Origin: an uncultured Verrucomicrobiae bacterium
Lineage (GTDB): Bacteria > Verrucomicrobiota > Verrucomicrobiia > Limisphaerales > JAFGQR01
DNA length: 63,346 nt
Assembly (NCBI GenBank): GCA_963788655.1
Contig: CAWBHS010000012.1
Span: 1 to 63,346, forward strand
Reading direction: 5' to 3'
This document shows, one piece after another, positions 9,881-22,271 of this stretch. Position numbers and translations under genes: made by a program. The notes under the pieces were generated by a model. It ran no database searches, was not told the DNA's origin, and was given only the letters and a program-made list of their open reading frames with translations. Position 1 is the first letter of the stretch; each line of letters starts with the position of its first letter.

Positions 9881-12800
9881 ATGCCCAAACTATTTGCTAG
9901 CCGGCCTGTAGCGGCTTTTCTCGTCGCTGGTGTTTATCTTGGCTCCATGGCTGCGCATGCGCAATTCGTGCCCAGCGATGTGGGCACGACGGTCGCGGGA
10001 TTTCAGGATGACTTCAACGGTACCGCGCTCAATCCTTCCTGGGTGGCGCGTGGACAAAACGTGTTCTCGGTCAGCGGCGGCATGCTGCACGTCACCAGCG
10101 CCAGTGGTGATCCCAACCATTTGCTATACGAAGCCGCCGGTTACAACAATTCCGTGCAGGAAGTGCTCGCCCGCATTCGCGTGACGAGCTTCGGCACCGG
10201 TGATCCAGCTCGCACGGGCGTGGCCGTTGCGGTTGATCCGAGCAGCAGCCAGGGCATCAATCTGCACTTGCGCGACGAGCCGAATCCGGGACAGCGGCAC
10301 GTCGAATTTCTGGATGATGCGCGCGCGTGGGCGGTCGAATATTCGCTCAACTGGCAAAACAACACGTGGTACTGGATGCGTCTGCGCCACGAGCCGAATG
10401 CCGCGTCCCTGGGCGGCGCGAACGATGTGTTCGGCAAGGTTTGGTTGGCCGATGGCAGTCAACCGGAACCCACCGCGTGGCAAATGTCCTGGGATTACAC
10501 ACCCGCCAGCAGCGCCCGGACGGGCTTCGCCGGCATTACCGCCGGCAGTCTCGGTGGCACCGCCGAGTTCGATGTCGATTACCTTCTGATCAAGGCTTCC
10601 GGTTTGCCCAGCATACACGTGGCGCCCAGTTCCTTTGTCCAAATTCCGGTGAACATCACCAACCAGCCGCCAGCCAGCCAAACCCTGGTGGAAGGCACTC
10701 CGGCAACCTTCAGCATCGGCGTGGAGGGTAATCCGCCACCGACATTACAATGGTATCACGACGATCTGGCCATTCCCGGTGCGACCAATGCGGCCTATAC
10801 AATTCCATTTCTGCAACTCAGCAACACCGGCGTGTATCACGTCGTCGCCCAAAATGTCGTCAGCAACATTCAGCACACCGCCACCAGTAACGACTCGGTG
10901 CTGACGGTGCTCCCCGATGACGGACCGCCGTCGCTGGTGTTGGTGCAGGCGTTGGGCTTGACCCAGGTCCAGGTCACCTTCTCGGAACGCATGGCCGCCG
11001 ACACCGTGACCAACCAGGACAATTTTCAAATCACCAATAGCACCGAAACAATCACCATTGCGGACGCTGTGCTCGATGCGACGCAAAGCAACGTGGTGCT
11101 GAACGTGAGCGCCATGACCGAGGGCGTCACGTACATGCTGGTCGTGAACAACGTCACCGATGCCGCCAGCGGACGGAATCTCATTGCGCCCGATACCCGC
11201 ACGAATTTCACGGCCATTTCGTTTGCGCGCGCCGCGGTGGGCAATCCGCAGCCGGCCGGCGGGACCGTCGCCGTACCCGGTGGTTTGAATGTTACGGGCG
11301 GCGGTGCGGACATTGGCGACACGGCGGACCAGTTTCAGTTCAGTTACCAGCCACGCACCGGCGATTTCGATGTGAAGGTCCGCGTGGACTCGCTGTCGCT
11401 GGCCGATGCATGGTCGAAGGCGGGGCTGATGGCGCGGGAAGACGTGAGTGCGGGTTCACGTTTTGCGGGAACGATGGCGACGCCGACGATCAGCGGTTCC
11501 TATTTTCAATATCGCACCGCGCCGAACGCCGCTGCGGTGCAAACCGGTTCGTTCCCGGTGAATTATCCAAACACGTGGCTCCGGCTGAAGCGCGCGGCCA
11601 ATCAATTCACGAGTTATGCGGGATTCGATGGTGAGAACTGGACCACGCTCGGATCCGCCTCCATTTCGATGCCGGCGACGGTGCTCCTGGGCTTTGCCGT
11701 GTCGAGTCACAACACGAACCAGACAGCAACGGCGGCATTCCGGGATTTTGCCAATGTCACCACCGCTACCGACAGCACCGCGCCGTTGCCGGTGGAATCG
11801 CTGGGCCAATGCAGTCGGCGCACCAGTCTGGTGATTTCGGAAATCATGTATAATCCGCTCGACCGCCCCGACGGGAAGAATCTCGAATTTGTTGAGCTGT
11901 TCAATTCCCTCAGCACAGCGGAAGACCTCAGTGGCTGGCGGCTCGATGGTGACGCCGATTTTAACTTCCCCCCCGGCACGGTGATTCCCGCCGGAGGGTT
12001 CCTGGTGGTGGCCCAATCGCCCGCCGACGTGGAGGCGGTTTATGGGATTACCGGGGTGTTGGGACCATTTTCGAACACGAACAGCCTCCCCAATTCGCGC
12101 GGCACGATTCAACTCCGCCACCGGACCGGTGCCGTGTTCCTCGAAGCGCACTACGATACGGTGAGGCCCTGGCCGGCTGCGGCCGACGGCGCCGGCCATT
12201 CGCTGGTGCTGGCGCGTCCATCCTACGGCGAAGGCGAGGTCGAAGCGTGGGCGGCGAGCGACGCCGTGGGCGGTTCCCCGGGCCGGCTCGACCCGGTAAC
12301 GGTCGATCCGTTGCGGAACGTGATGATTAACGAGTTCCTGGCGCACACGGATGATCCGCAAGTGGACTACGTCGAACTTTACAATCACAGCAACGTGCCG
12401 GTGGACATTTCGGGCTGCTACCTGACTGATGCACGCACCACGAACAAGTTTACCATCCCGGCGGGCACGGTGCTGGCGCCGGGCAGTTTTGTCTCGTTCG
12501 ATCAAAACGAACTGGGCTTTGCGCTGAGTGCCGGCGGCGAGACGATTTACTTCCGCAATCCGTCGAACACACGGGTGCTGGATGCCGTGCGTTATCGGGC
12601 CGCAAGCTAACGGTGTGTCCTCGGGCCGGTTTCCGGATGGCGCGCCTACGTTCAGCGAACTGGCCACGCCCACACCCGGCGCCAGCAACAGCGCGTTCCT
12701 CGTCCGGGATCTGGTCATCAACGAACTCATGTATGCGCCGATCTCGGGCAATAGCGATGACGAGTATGTTGAACTCTACAACCAGGGCACCAGCGCCGTG

Positions 12801-15800
12801 GACCTGGCCAACTGGCGCTTGGAAGGCGGCATTAATTTTACGTTCCCGGCCACCGCGTCTATTTCGGCGCACGGCTACCTGGTGATTGCGCGCAATGCCG
12901 CCTGGTTGATGCCGCGTTATCCCAACCTCGACGCCAACAATACCGTGGGCGATTATTCCGGCAGCCTGGCCAACAGCGGGGAACGCGTTGCCCTGGCGAT
13001 GCCCGAAGCTTCGACCACGACCAACCACAACGTTGTCATCACCAACTTCGATTACATCGTGGTGGACGAAGTAACCTATCGCGACGGGGGCCGTTGGGGC
13101 AAATGGTCCGATGGCGGGGGCAGCAGCCTCGAATTGATCGATCCACGCGGCGACAATCGCCTGGCCGCGAATTGGGCCGACAGTGATGAAACCGCCAAGG
13201 CTCCGTGGAAGACGGTTTCCGTGACCGGTGTACTCGACAACGGCAATGTCTCCGCCGACCAACTCCAGGTGTTGTTGCAAGGACCGGGGGAATGTCTTAT
13301 TGACGATGTGGAAGTGCGCACAGCTACCGGGGTAAACGTAATTGCCAACTCGACTTTTGAAAGCGGGGCTGCCAACTGGACCGCGGAAGGCACGGAGGAA
13401 CAATCCGGGCTGGAGCCTACCGAAGGGTATGGCAGTACGCGCTCGTATCATGTTCGCGCCAGTGATCGCGGCGACAACCAATTGAACCGCATTCGCACTC
13501 CGTTAACCACCGCGCAACCCTCCGGCGTCACCGACACCATCAACGCCAAAGTCCGCTGGCTGCACGGGCATCCGGAAATCCTGTTCCGGTTGCGCGGCAA
13601 CTGGCTGGAAGCCCCGGTCGAAATGGATTTGCCCACCAACCTCGGCACGCCGGGCGCGGTGAACAGCCGGGCCGTGGCGAACGCCGCGCCGGCCATCTGC
13701 GCGGTTTCGCATCATCCAATTTTACCCGCCGCCAATGATGCGGTGGTGGTGACGGCGCGCGTTGACGATCCGGATAGTTTGGCGTCGGTGCAACTGCGAT
13801 ACCGCGTCGATCCCACTGCCACCATCAACACGGTGCCGATGCGCGATGATGGCGCCAGCGGGGATGCGGTGGCCGGTGATGGGCTGTTCAGCGCGACCCT
13901 TCCGGGCCGGTCGGCCAATACCCTGGTGGCCTTCCATGTGCAGGCGACGGATGGGGCGGTTCCCGCCGCGACCAGCACCTTCCCGAACGATGCGCCCACG
14001 CGCGAATGCCTGGTCCGGTTTGGCGAGAGCGTGCCGACCGGGAGCTTCCCGTCGTATCGAATTTGGATGACGCAGGCGACCTTCAACACCTGGGACACGC
14101 GGAACAATCTCAACAACACGATGAACGATGTCACCTTTGTCCTGGGCAACCAACGGGTGATCTACAATGCCTTGGCCTCGTATGCGGGCAGCCCGTACAT
14201 CGCGCCCGGATTCAATACGCCCAGCGGCAATCGTTGCGGTTACAGTCTGGAGTTTCCGCCCGACGATTTGTTCCTGGGCGACACTGCTCTGGTGTTGGAT
14301 TGGCCGGGCGGACACGGCAATGAAAATACCGCCATCCAGGAGCAGATGGCGTATTGGATCGCCGATCAAATGGACCTGCCGTTCAGCCATCGCTATTTCA
14401 TTCGCTGGACCGTCAACGGCGTTACCGATATGGATCGTCACGGAATTTTCGAAGCCGTGTTGCAGCCCGGTGGGGAATACGTGCAACAATGGTCGCCGGG
14501 CGACAGCAACGGGGATTTCTACAAGATTGACCGTGCCTTCGAGTTCAATGACAGCGGCGGTCTGGTGGCCGATCCGATGCCCCAGCTCAAGGTCTATACG
14601 ACTCCCGACCTGGTCCACGGTGGCACCCGCATGAAAACCGAGCCGTATCGTTGGACGTGGATCAAGCGCTTCTACGACCGCGCCAACGATTACACAAACG
14701 TGTTTGTCATTGCGAACGCCGTCAACGCCGCCAGCCCGGAGCCCTACACGTCACAAACCGAAGCGCTCGCGGACGTCGAGGAATGGATGGGCGTGTTTGC
14801 GGCGGAACATATCATCAACAATTTCGACAGTTGGGGACACGACATCGGGAAGAACATGTATATGTACAAGCCGCAGGATGGCCGCTGGCAATTGTATATG
14901 TTCGACCTCGATTGGCTGATGCTGGTGTCGCCCAACGGACCAGGCAATTACACGGCGACTACCGGCCCGCTGTTCAGTTCCAACGATCCGACGGTCACCC
15001 GCCTGTACAATCATCCTCCGTTCCGTCGGGCGTATTTCCGCGCGGTACAGGCCGCCATTGACCGCGCGTTTGTGCCGTCGAAGTATGAACCGCGCATGGA
15101 TGCCAAGTATCAGGCGCTGGTGGCGAATGGCATCACCTGGTGCGATGGCCAGACCCTGACGGCGCCCAGCGCGGTCAAGACCTGGTTTAGCCAACGCCGC
15201 AGTTACTTGGTCGGGCAACTCAACGCGGTGGCGACGAATTTCGGCATCACCGCCAACGGTGGGCTCGATTTCACAACCGACACCAATCTGGTGACGCTGA
15301 CGGGCACGGCGCCGATTGACGCCAAAACCATTCGGGTCAACGGAATCGAAGCTCCGGTGACTTGGACGAGCGTGACCACTTGGACGCTGCCCGTGGTGCT
15401 GAGCAACGGCCTCAACGCGCTGACGTTGCAGGGTTACGATGCGAACGGACTGCCGCTGCCGGGCGAGGCCGCTACGATCAACGTCACCACCACCGCAACA
15501 CCGGAGTCGCCCGTGGGCCGCGTGGTGATCAACGAGATCATGTACCGTCCGCTCGCGCCGGAGGCCGAGTTTGTCGAGCTTTACAACGCTTCAATGACCA
15601 CGGCGTTCGATTTTTCCGGCTGGCGATTGAACGGAGCCGATTTCACGTTTGCCGACGGCACGATCATTGAACCCGGCGCCTACCTGGTGATTGCGGAGGA
15701 CCGCACCGCATTCGCTTCTGCGTATGGAAGCGATATTCAAGTGGCAGGCGAGTTCAACGGCCAACTGGATAATGGGGGCGAAACGCTCACGTTGATCCAA

Positions 15801-17585
15801 CCCGGCACTCCGCCCAATGCGGACGAGGTGATTGCTCGCGTCAGCTATGACGATGATCCGCCGTGGCCGGACAGCGCGAGAAATCAGGGATACTCGCTTC
15901 AACTCATCGACGCCAATCAGGACAACAGCCGGGTGGCAAATTGGACCGATGGCAACGGTTGGCGCTGGTTCACGCAGACGAGCACGGCCCCCGGTGTCGG
16001 TGCGTCAAGTCTCCTGCTGTATCTGGGTTCCGCGGGTGATTTGTACGTGGATGATGTCTCGCTGGTGGCCGGCGACCAACCGGAAGTCGGTCCAAATCTG
16101 TTGGTCAATGGCGGCTTCGAATCCGGCAACCTTACCCCGTGGCTCGCGACGGGCAACCATGCGGGCAGTGTGGTGACCGCCGGCGTCGCATATTCCGGAA
16201 CCCACAGTCTGCATTTGATCAGCACCGGTGGGGGCAACTCCAGCTCGTTGATCTCGCAACCCATCACGCCGTTGGATCCGACCGGCACGTACACGGTGAG
16301 CTTTCGCTATCATCCCAGCACCAACGGCGCGGTATTGAACTTTCGGGTGAGCAGCGGATTCCGCCTGTTTCCTCCACTGGCCTACGCTCCGGTGACGGCA
16401 ACACCTGGCGCCATCAATAGCACCGCGGCGCCGTTACCAGCCATTCCGCCAGTGTGGCTCAATGAACTACTTCCGAACAATCTGACCGGGGTCACGGACA
16501 ATGCTGGCGAACGCGAACCGTGGGTGGAACTCTACAACTCCGGCGCCAGCACGATCAGTCTCGATAGCTGGTATCTGGCGGACAATTACACCAACCTGAC
16601 GCGCTGGCCGTTTCCCGCCGGAACCACCATCGGCCCCGGCCAGTTCCTGGTGGTCTGGTTGGACGGGGAACCGTCTGAAGCCACCGCGAACGCGCTGCAC
16701 ACGAATTTCCGCATTGACCCAATCCAAGGCGAGTTGGCGTTAGTGGGATCGCTCGACGGGCAATTGGCTATACTGGATTATGTCAATTACGCGGTTGGCG
16801 CCGACCGCTCCATCGGTCGTTACCCGGACGGCGAAACCGGGCCGCGCCAGACTTTCTTCCAAACCACACCCGGTGCGCCGAACGACAATTCGCCGCCGGC
16901 GTTGCCAATATTCATCAACGAATGGATGGCCGCCAACTCCACGTTCATGGCCGATCCGGCGGACGGCAACAGCGACGATTGGTTCGAATTGTTCAATTCA
17001 AACGACCTGGCCGTGGACCTCACCGGCTACGCATTGGCCGACAATCTGGCCGGCAGTTCACGCTGGACAATTCCATCCGGCACCACGCTCGGCGCCCATG
17101 GCTTTCTGCTGGTGTGGGCGGACAACGATGTGGAACAAAACGGAACCAACAGCGTGGCACTGCACACCAATTTCAAACTCAGCCAGGACGGCGAGGCCAT
17201 CGCGCTGTTCGCCCCAAACGGCAGCGTCATTGACGCCGTCAGCTTCGGTCCGCAGACCAACGACGTCAGTCAGGGCCGATGGCCAGACGGTGGAAACGAT
17301 TTCTATTTCATGCCGACTCCCACACCCGCCACGTCCAATGTCATTGCCAGCAATCCGCCGCCGGAGGTTCACCTCGCCATTCATAGGCTGGCTGGAGGAT
17401 TGGTGGCGATTTCATGGGATTCCGAAGTGGGACGGAGTTACCGGCTGCAATTCAAAGACGATCTGGCGGCCGAAACCTGGACCGACCTGTCGGAGGTCAC
17501 CGCCACGGCCACACTGACGTCCTTGACCGACACCATTGGCGGCGCGACGCAACGGTTCTATCGCATTCAGCAAATGCAGCCGTAG
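9881..17585 (+). CDS. giant secreted lamin-tail-domain/CotH-kinase protein, ~2,570 aa (frameshift near 12596)
   Basis: signal peptide; Ig domain; repeated VI(S/N)EIMY/INE..A lamin-tail motifs; CotH-like KNMYMY...FDLDW; C-terminal QRFYRI domain; DAVRY|GPQANG joins the two ORFs. Confidence 0.8.
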
Positions 17586-17908
17586 TCATCTCGTTTTTTG
17601 GTCTTCAAGGCATCCCCACCACGATTCCCATTCGTCGCGGTGCCTTGGATGAGAGCGTTAATCGTGTCGCGCTCGGCAGCCTTGTGAGCGGGGAACTCGC
17701 GGTGCCGTTGCATCGTGACAGCGCCGTCGAAGGTGACGGCGAGATGCGTGGGCTGACGGTGCTTCCGGATGTCGAGCAGCGTTTGCGTGAACACAAACAG
17801 CGCCGAGCAATTGAATCCTTGCGATGTCATCAGCGGGCGTTCGATCTACGCAAAATGCCCCCGATAGACCAACGGCATCACGTCCAGCAAGAACAGCGTC
17901 TTCTGCAT
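17567..17908 (-). pseudogene. polA: DNA polymerase I remnant with in-frame stop and very large internal deletion
   Basis: MQKTLFLLDVMPLVYRGHFA*IERPLMTSQGFNCSALFVF...PTHLAVTFD...RHREFPAHKA (5'-3' exonuclease N-terminus) joined to AERDTINALIQGTA (family A polymerase C-terminal motif); TAG at 17846-17848. Confidence 0.7.
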
Positions 17909-18030
17909 GCCGTCGCGCTAACCCAGCGGCGGGCATTTCCCAACCATGTTTGATTGACACTGCACGCGCCTCTGCGCTAACAACGGATCAAAATTGGGTA
18001 TTTGAAGTGAATTGAGTGAAAGCGATAACT

Positions 18031-18462
18031 ATGACGACATCCGGACCGGCTTCGAAAAACGTGTTGAACTCTGACGTGGAGATCAAAGGCAATCTCAAGT
18101 TCAGCGGCGAGCTGACGTTTGAGGGTAAATTGGACGGTGAAATTCATTCCGACGGCAACCTGCAATTGGGCGATGGCTCGGTGGTCAATGGCAATATCAA
18201 CGTCGGTTCGGTGGTGGTCCGAGGGAAAGTCACCGGGAACGTCTCCGCCAAAGACAAGATCGAAATCAAGGCCAAGACCGAGTTGTTCGGCGACATTCGG
18301 GCCTCGAAGCTGACGATTGAAGAAGGTGTGACGTTTGTCGGCAAATCCGAAGTGAATCCCAACAAACTGAGTCCAACCTCGGCTGCCAGCAAGCACCCCG
18401 AACTCCCCAAAATCGCCGAAGCTCCCAGGCCCAGCGAACCTGCCCGGGCCGCCGTGCGTTAG
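18031..18462 (+). CDS. bactofilin (polymer-forming cytoskeletal protein)
   Basis: DVEIKGNLKFSGELTFEGKLDGEI...GDIRASKLTIEEGVTFVG beta-helix pattern. Confidence 0.9.
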   Translation: MTTSGPASKNVLNSDVEIKGNLKFSGELTFEGKLDGEIHSDGNLQLGDGSVVNGNINVGSVVVRGKVTGNVSAKDKIEIKAKTELFGDIRASKLTIEEGVTFVGKSEVNPNKLSPTSAASKHPELPKIAEAPRPSEPARAAVR

Positions 18463-18467
18463 CCATT

Positions 18468-18950
18468 AACGTGCTGCCGGCATCTTGCCGGCAGATCGAA
18501 CGCAGCAGTGCGCCGCGAACCGAGGTCGTAGTCCGATCGCTTCCGGACCATTCGTTTCTGCCGGCGAGACGCCGACAGCACGCTGTCCCAATGTGCTGCC
18601 GGCATCTTGCCGGCAGATCGAACGCAGCAGTGCGCCGCGAACCGAGGTCGTAGTCCGATCGCTTCCGGACCATTCGTTTCTGCCGGCGAGACGCCGACAG
18701 CACGCTGTCCCAATGTGCTGCCGGCATCCTGCTGGCAGATCGAACGCAGCAGTGCGCCGCGAACCAAGGTCGTAATCCGATCGCTTCCGGACCATTCGTT
18801 TCTGCCGGCGAGACGCCGACAGCACGCTGTCCCAATGTGCTGCCGGCATCCTGCTGGCAGATCGAACGCAGCATTGCGCCGCAAACCAAGGTCGTAATCC
18901 GATCGCTTCCGGACCATTCGTTTCTGTCGGCGGGACGCCGACAGTACGTT
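18468..18950. repeat. four tandem 122-bp units, each bounded by inverted REP-like ends
   Basis: units start at 18471, 18593, 18715 and 18837; ends GTGCTGCCGGCATCTTGCCGGCAGA / TCTGCCGGCGAGACGCCGACAGCAC. Confidence 0.95.
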
Positions 18951-19002
18951 GCCCGCAGTTCAGCGATCCAAATGTTCCACCAGCTTCGCGGACGGCAGCC
19001 GC

Positions 19003-21789
19003 CTACGGCTCCTTGACGATTTGTACGTTGGAAATTTCAAACTCCACCCGTTCGTATTTCTCGCCGAAATAGCCGCCCCAGCCGATGCGGATTTCCGCCA
19101 CATCCTTACGATCCAGCCGGCCATTGGCATCTTTTGACCAGCCGGCCAACTGGAACTTGCTCAACGGGACGAATGTCTGACTTTGACCCGGTGCGCCCAG
19201 TGAGCGTCCCGAACTGGCAAGATAATCGGCCCCATTCTTCTCGTGCAGGATCACGAGCAGTTGATTGGACGTCCGTTGCCCCGCAGGCACCGTGCTGTCA
19301 AAAGCCAGCATATCGGCGTCGCTCAAGTCCAGTCCCTGCGGAAACAAAAAACGCACAAAGAGGAACGTATCGACTTGCGACTTGGTCAAGATGCCTCGGG
19401 CACGCCAAAGTTTCCGGCCGAGTTGACCGGGCGCGTCCTCGCCCAGCAACTGCTGCTCGACAAACTCCCCGCCGGCTACGGCGGTTTCACCCACCGGCAA
19501 ATCTTTCGAAATCACGTTGGGCAACGCGCCAGTTTGCAGCGGAACGCGCGTGCCAACAGGCGCCGTGGTGAAACGCAGCAAGGTCGCCTCATAGCCGCCC
19601 AACTTCAGCTTGAGGTTCCGGTTGCCCGTGAGGATGGTAGCCGTGCCCGTGACAGGATCCCATTGCTCCCCGTCGCCGGAAGCCCGGACATTGATTTCCC
19701 CTTCCCAGGTTTCGGCGCGGTCGTTGATCAAGAAATACACCTCGTGCCCATCAATCCGTCGATGCGTCACCCGCAAGGGCGCGTGCTTGTCCGTGATCTG
19801 CACGTCGGACGCCAGGAGCTGGTTCAGCAGCCCGGGCAGCAAACCGACCGCGCCTTCCGGTAAATAAATACCCGCGCCACCGGCAGCATTGGCGTTCACC
19901 CAAGGCTTGTCGTTATTTGGACCGAACACATCGCGCGCAAGAGCCTGCACCCGGGGCGAAGGAAATTTGCTATCGCTGTTCGCCGGCAACGCACCCACCG
20001 CCACCACGATTCCGCCCTGCTTGACGAACGTGGCCAGGTTCTCCCAGGCCGCCAGCGGCAAAGTGTCAGCCATGGGCAACACCACCACGCGCCATTGCAG
20101 CGGCCCATGCACCAATCGACCACCTCCCGGCTTGGCGTTCATCAGGGCTCGACCGTCCACGTAGGTAAAGTCCCGCCGGGCGGTGAAGAGACTGTCCGAT
20201 ACGGCGCGGTAGGCGTTTTCAATCCGCATGGCTTCCGGCGCTTCTTGGGCCCACAGATGGGCCGGGAAGAAACGCGGCCAAATACTTTCAATGGGATAAA
20301 CCACGGCAACCTCGGCGACTTGATGCCCGCCGGTTAGCATCGTGCAACAACGTCCAATCCACTCGTTGAGCCGCCGGATTGCTTCATCGCTGAGGCCAGC
20401 ATAACTGTAGTAACTGGTGATGCAATTGACGCCACTGACAATGAGCCGATTGCACGTTCCGCGAATCTCTGCTTCCGTCACGGTCCGCACCGGGCGCTTG
20501 TCACCAGCCGGCCGGTAACGTTGGGCGTGATCTGACGTTTCGCACATGACCACTGTTTTACCCTCGAGTTCCGCCGCACTACTCAACAGGCGGGCGATGT
20601 ACCACGGCACGTTGGACGGCAGGCTGGTCAGGCAGTCGATGCTCGGGGCGTCCAGGCGCCGGGCGCAGCGAAAGAAGTCGCCATACAACGGCACGTGCGA
20701 CAGAATGTTTTCTTCGGACAACAGATGGCCGCCGGAACGCAGGTCATGCTGGGCGCACCATCGCTGAATTTGCCCAAAGTAGTTTTCGGAAACCAATTCG
20801 CCCACCGTGCGCCAGAAATCGTAGCGCGCCTTTTGTCCGGCCGCACCGGCATCGGCCAACAGCGTGGGCACCAGCGGCTCGATCGCATAACCGCGGCGTC
20901 GCTTGAACTCGTCCGGCAGGTTTGGCCCCCAGGGCAACGGCCGATACGGCTGGCGCCGCAGAAACAGGCTCATTAAGGAAGGTTCGTCAGTGAACGTGGC
21001 AACAAACCATTGGCCCAGGTCATTCCCCAAGTACTGCGCGTAACGTTGATGCGTGACTTCGAGAAATCGGGCAGTCGGCTCGGGCAGGAGCAAATTCGGG
21101 TAGGGCATCTTGGCGGCCAAGTTGAGTTCCGCGTGGGTGCCCTCGTACAGGGAGCTTTCGGTGATCGCCATCACACGCCACGAACCTGGCGGCGCCTGCC
21201 AGGACAATTTACCGTCCGCAACGTTGCCGGTCAGATCGACTTTGCTGTCCAATTGAATCTCGCCCTTCACCACAGGAAAGGCGGCCGCAAGAAAGAGCTT
21301 TCCGGGTGGCACCGACAACGTGACTTCTCCTCCCTGGCATTCGGTGTCGGCCGCCAGCAAACCAGTCGCTTCCCAATCGGGATGGTCTCGCAACACCAGC
21401 CCGCCGGCGTTGGCAGACGGATACCCCTTTTCGTCGTAAAGCCACAAAGCCATGCCGGCTTGTTTGGCCGCCTTGACGGCGCGTACGAACGCGGCCCATT
21501 TGGCGTCGCTTTCCAGGTAGTCCTGGAAGTTCACGTTGCAAACCACTCCGCCGAAGCCTTGCGTTTGGAGCCGTTGGATCAATTGATCCTGCGCGGCGGC
21601 TGCATCCGGCCAGTTGTGGATGATTTTTACAATGCGCGCTTCGGCGGGCGGATGGGTAAAGCGTTCCTTCAAATCAGTCGAGCCGGCTGAGGAAGCCGCG
21701 GCGACTTGTTGGGTCTGACTGAAGCCCTGGCTGATTGTCAGCAAGAATACCAGCAGGGGCCAGACAACGCGAGTGTGTTTGCTGATCAT
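19003..21789 (-). CDS. secreted GH106-like glycoside hydrolase with C-terminal CBM-like domain
   Basis: signal peptide; WLYDEKGYPSANAGG, FTDEPS, GGHLLSEE. Confidence 0.65.
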   Translation of the reverse strand: MISKHTRVVWPLLVFLLTISQGFSQTQQVAAASSAGSTDLKERFTHPPAEARIVKIIHNWPDAAAAQDQLIQRLQTQGFGGVVCNVNFQDYLESDAKWAAFVRAVKAAKQAGMALWLYDEKGYPSANAGGLVLRDHPDWEATGLLAADTECQGGEVTLSVPPGKLFLAAAFPVVKGEIQLDSKVDLTGNVADGKLSWQAPPGSWRVMAITESSLYEGTHAELNLAAKMPYPNLLLPEPTARFLEVTHQRYAQYLGNDLGQWFVATFTDEPSLMSLFLRRQPYRPLPWGPNLPDEFKRRRGYAIEPLVPTLLADAGAAGQKARYDFWRTVGELVSENYFGQIQRWCAQHDLRSGGHLLSEENILSHVPLYGDFFRCARRLDAPSIDCLTSLPSNVPWYIARLLSSAAELEGKTVVMCETSDHAQRYRPAGDKRPVRTVTEAEIRGTCNRLIVSGVNCITSYYSYAGLSDEAIRRLNEWIGRCCTMLTGGHQVAEVAVVYPIESIWPRFFPAHLWAQEAPEAMRIENAYRAVSDSLFTARRDFTYVDGRALMNAKPGGGRLVHGPLQWRVVVLPMADTLPLAAWENLATFVKQGGIVVAVGALPANSDSKFPSPRVQALARDVFGPNNDKPWVNANAAGGAGIYLPEGAVGLLPGLLNQLLASDVQITDKHAPLRVTHRRIDGHEVYFLINDRAETWEGEINVRASGDGEQWDPVTGTATILTGNRNLKLKLGGYEATLLRFTTAPVGTRVPLQTGALPNVISKDLPVGETAVAGGEFVEQQLLGEDAPGQLGRKLWRARGILTKSQVDTFLFVRFLFPQGLDLSDADMLAFDSTVPAGQRTSNQLLVILHEKNGADYLASSGRSLGAPGQSQTFVPLSKFQLAGWSKDANGRLDRKDVAEIRIGWGGYFGEKYERVEFEISNVQIVKEP

Positions 21790-21956
21790 GGAGCTATTAA
21801 ACCCGCGCCGGCGAACGGCGTCATGATCAAAATACTAAAGGCGGTGGATTATTCCATTAAGCAAATCAGCGCAATTGTAAGTCGATACATGCCCTGCCCG
21901 GATGAGGGTGTTGTCGTGCGCAGGCAGTCCTGCAATTTGCACACCTACCCAATCCT

Positions 21957-22271
21957 TCAATCGAGACGGATCAGCCACGTCAGCGGATCTGACCGGCTGG
22001 GGATCAGCGAGCCAATGATCAGCGTATCGCCACTGAGCCCGTAGAGAATGAAGAAAGGAAAGGCGCGAAGATTGCGGCGTCGCACGTCGCGCACTACCTG
22101 CGATCAAGTGTTCAAAAAATGGCCAGCAGCTTGGGGCGCGGCCTTGATCCTGGCCAGGGCATCATCGATCTCCCTGCGAAAACGAGCCGCTAATCCCATG
22201 GAAATCTTCTCGTAATCCTCTGCGAAATTTTGAATGTCCCTGGGAAAGTCGGGGTGGTAAACAATCGTCAT
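21957..22271 (-). pseudogene. RelE/ParE family toxin with in-frame TGA
   Basis: MTIVYHPDFPRDIQNFAEDYEKIS...HFLNT*SQVVRDVRRRNLRAFPFFILY...; TGA at 22104-22106; ATGA overlap with the antitoxin gene. Confidence 0.75.

Noticed and set aside
17846..17848. Amber readthrough in the polA fragment
   Set aside because: The fragment is also deleted and degenerate; simple decay explains it.
18266..18917. ORFs with repeated peptides over the tandem repeat
   Set aside because: They are translations of a non-triplet DNA repeat in several frames.
18468..18950. CRISPR array
   Set aside because: The inter-repeat segments are near-identical rather than unique spacers, the period is 122 bp, and no cas genes are present.
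22104..22106. Selenocysteine or recoded TGA in the toxin
   Set aside because: It is not a redox-enzyme context, no clear SECIS is visible, and TGA is a normal stop in neighbouring genes.
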